The translations under genes were made by a program, and so were the position numbers. From Marsupella aquatica (taxonomy: Eukaryota > Plantae > Marchantiophyta), in the NCBI GenBank assembly GCA_973895155.1, contig OZ316892.1, positions 26,187,233-26,251,232 of the forward strand: a stretch of 64,000 nucleotides of DNA, written 5' to 3'. The notes beneath the pieces are model-generated. The model searched no databases. It worked only from the letters and a program-made list of their open reading frames with translations, and was not told where the DNA came from. How positions within the stretch are numbered: position 1 is the stretch's first letter; every line of letters starts with the position of its first letter. Of the stretch, positions 63,901 to 64,000 are shown one piece after another.

Positions 63901-64000
63901 ACAGCCGCATAGCTGCCCAGCCGCCCTGTGTCACGATATTATATAAATACTAGACACGACACAAAACACAACATTAAAGAGGTCCGGTATTGGTCTTCAC

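Overview
Gene-rich land-plant nuclear DNA with GT-AG introns. It looks bryophyte-like, possibly liverwort; this is an inference from gene structure and protein divergence. Identifiable genes: DPM2 (partial) head-to-head with Rab geranylgeranyltransferase beta, NDUFA6/B14, an SDS22-like LRR gene, MCD1, and a 19-exon RNA polymerase IV largest subunit (NRPD1-like, about 2,115 aa by my splice model). That subunit has a ~130-aa insertion in the clamp Zn site and a ~480-aa repeat-containing CTD with no Ago hooks before its DeCL domain. It is flanked on both sides by three paralogs of an unrecognised coiled-coil gene: one intact, and two decaying inside a ~4-kb tandem duplication. Intergenic DNA holds a decayed Copia element (LTRs, PBS, PPT, TSD), solo LTRs, two Helitron 3' ends, a tRNA-derived SINE, MITEs and tandem repeats. 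Other notable signals are three 22-nt palindromes in the DPM2/RGTB bidirectional promoter and a probable U12-type intron. All exon models and alignments were made by eye; no searches were run.
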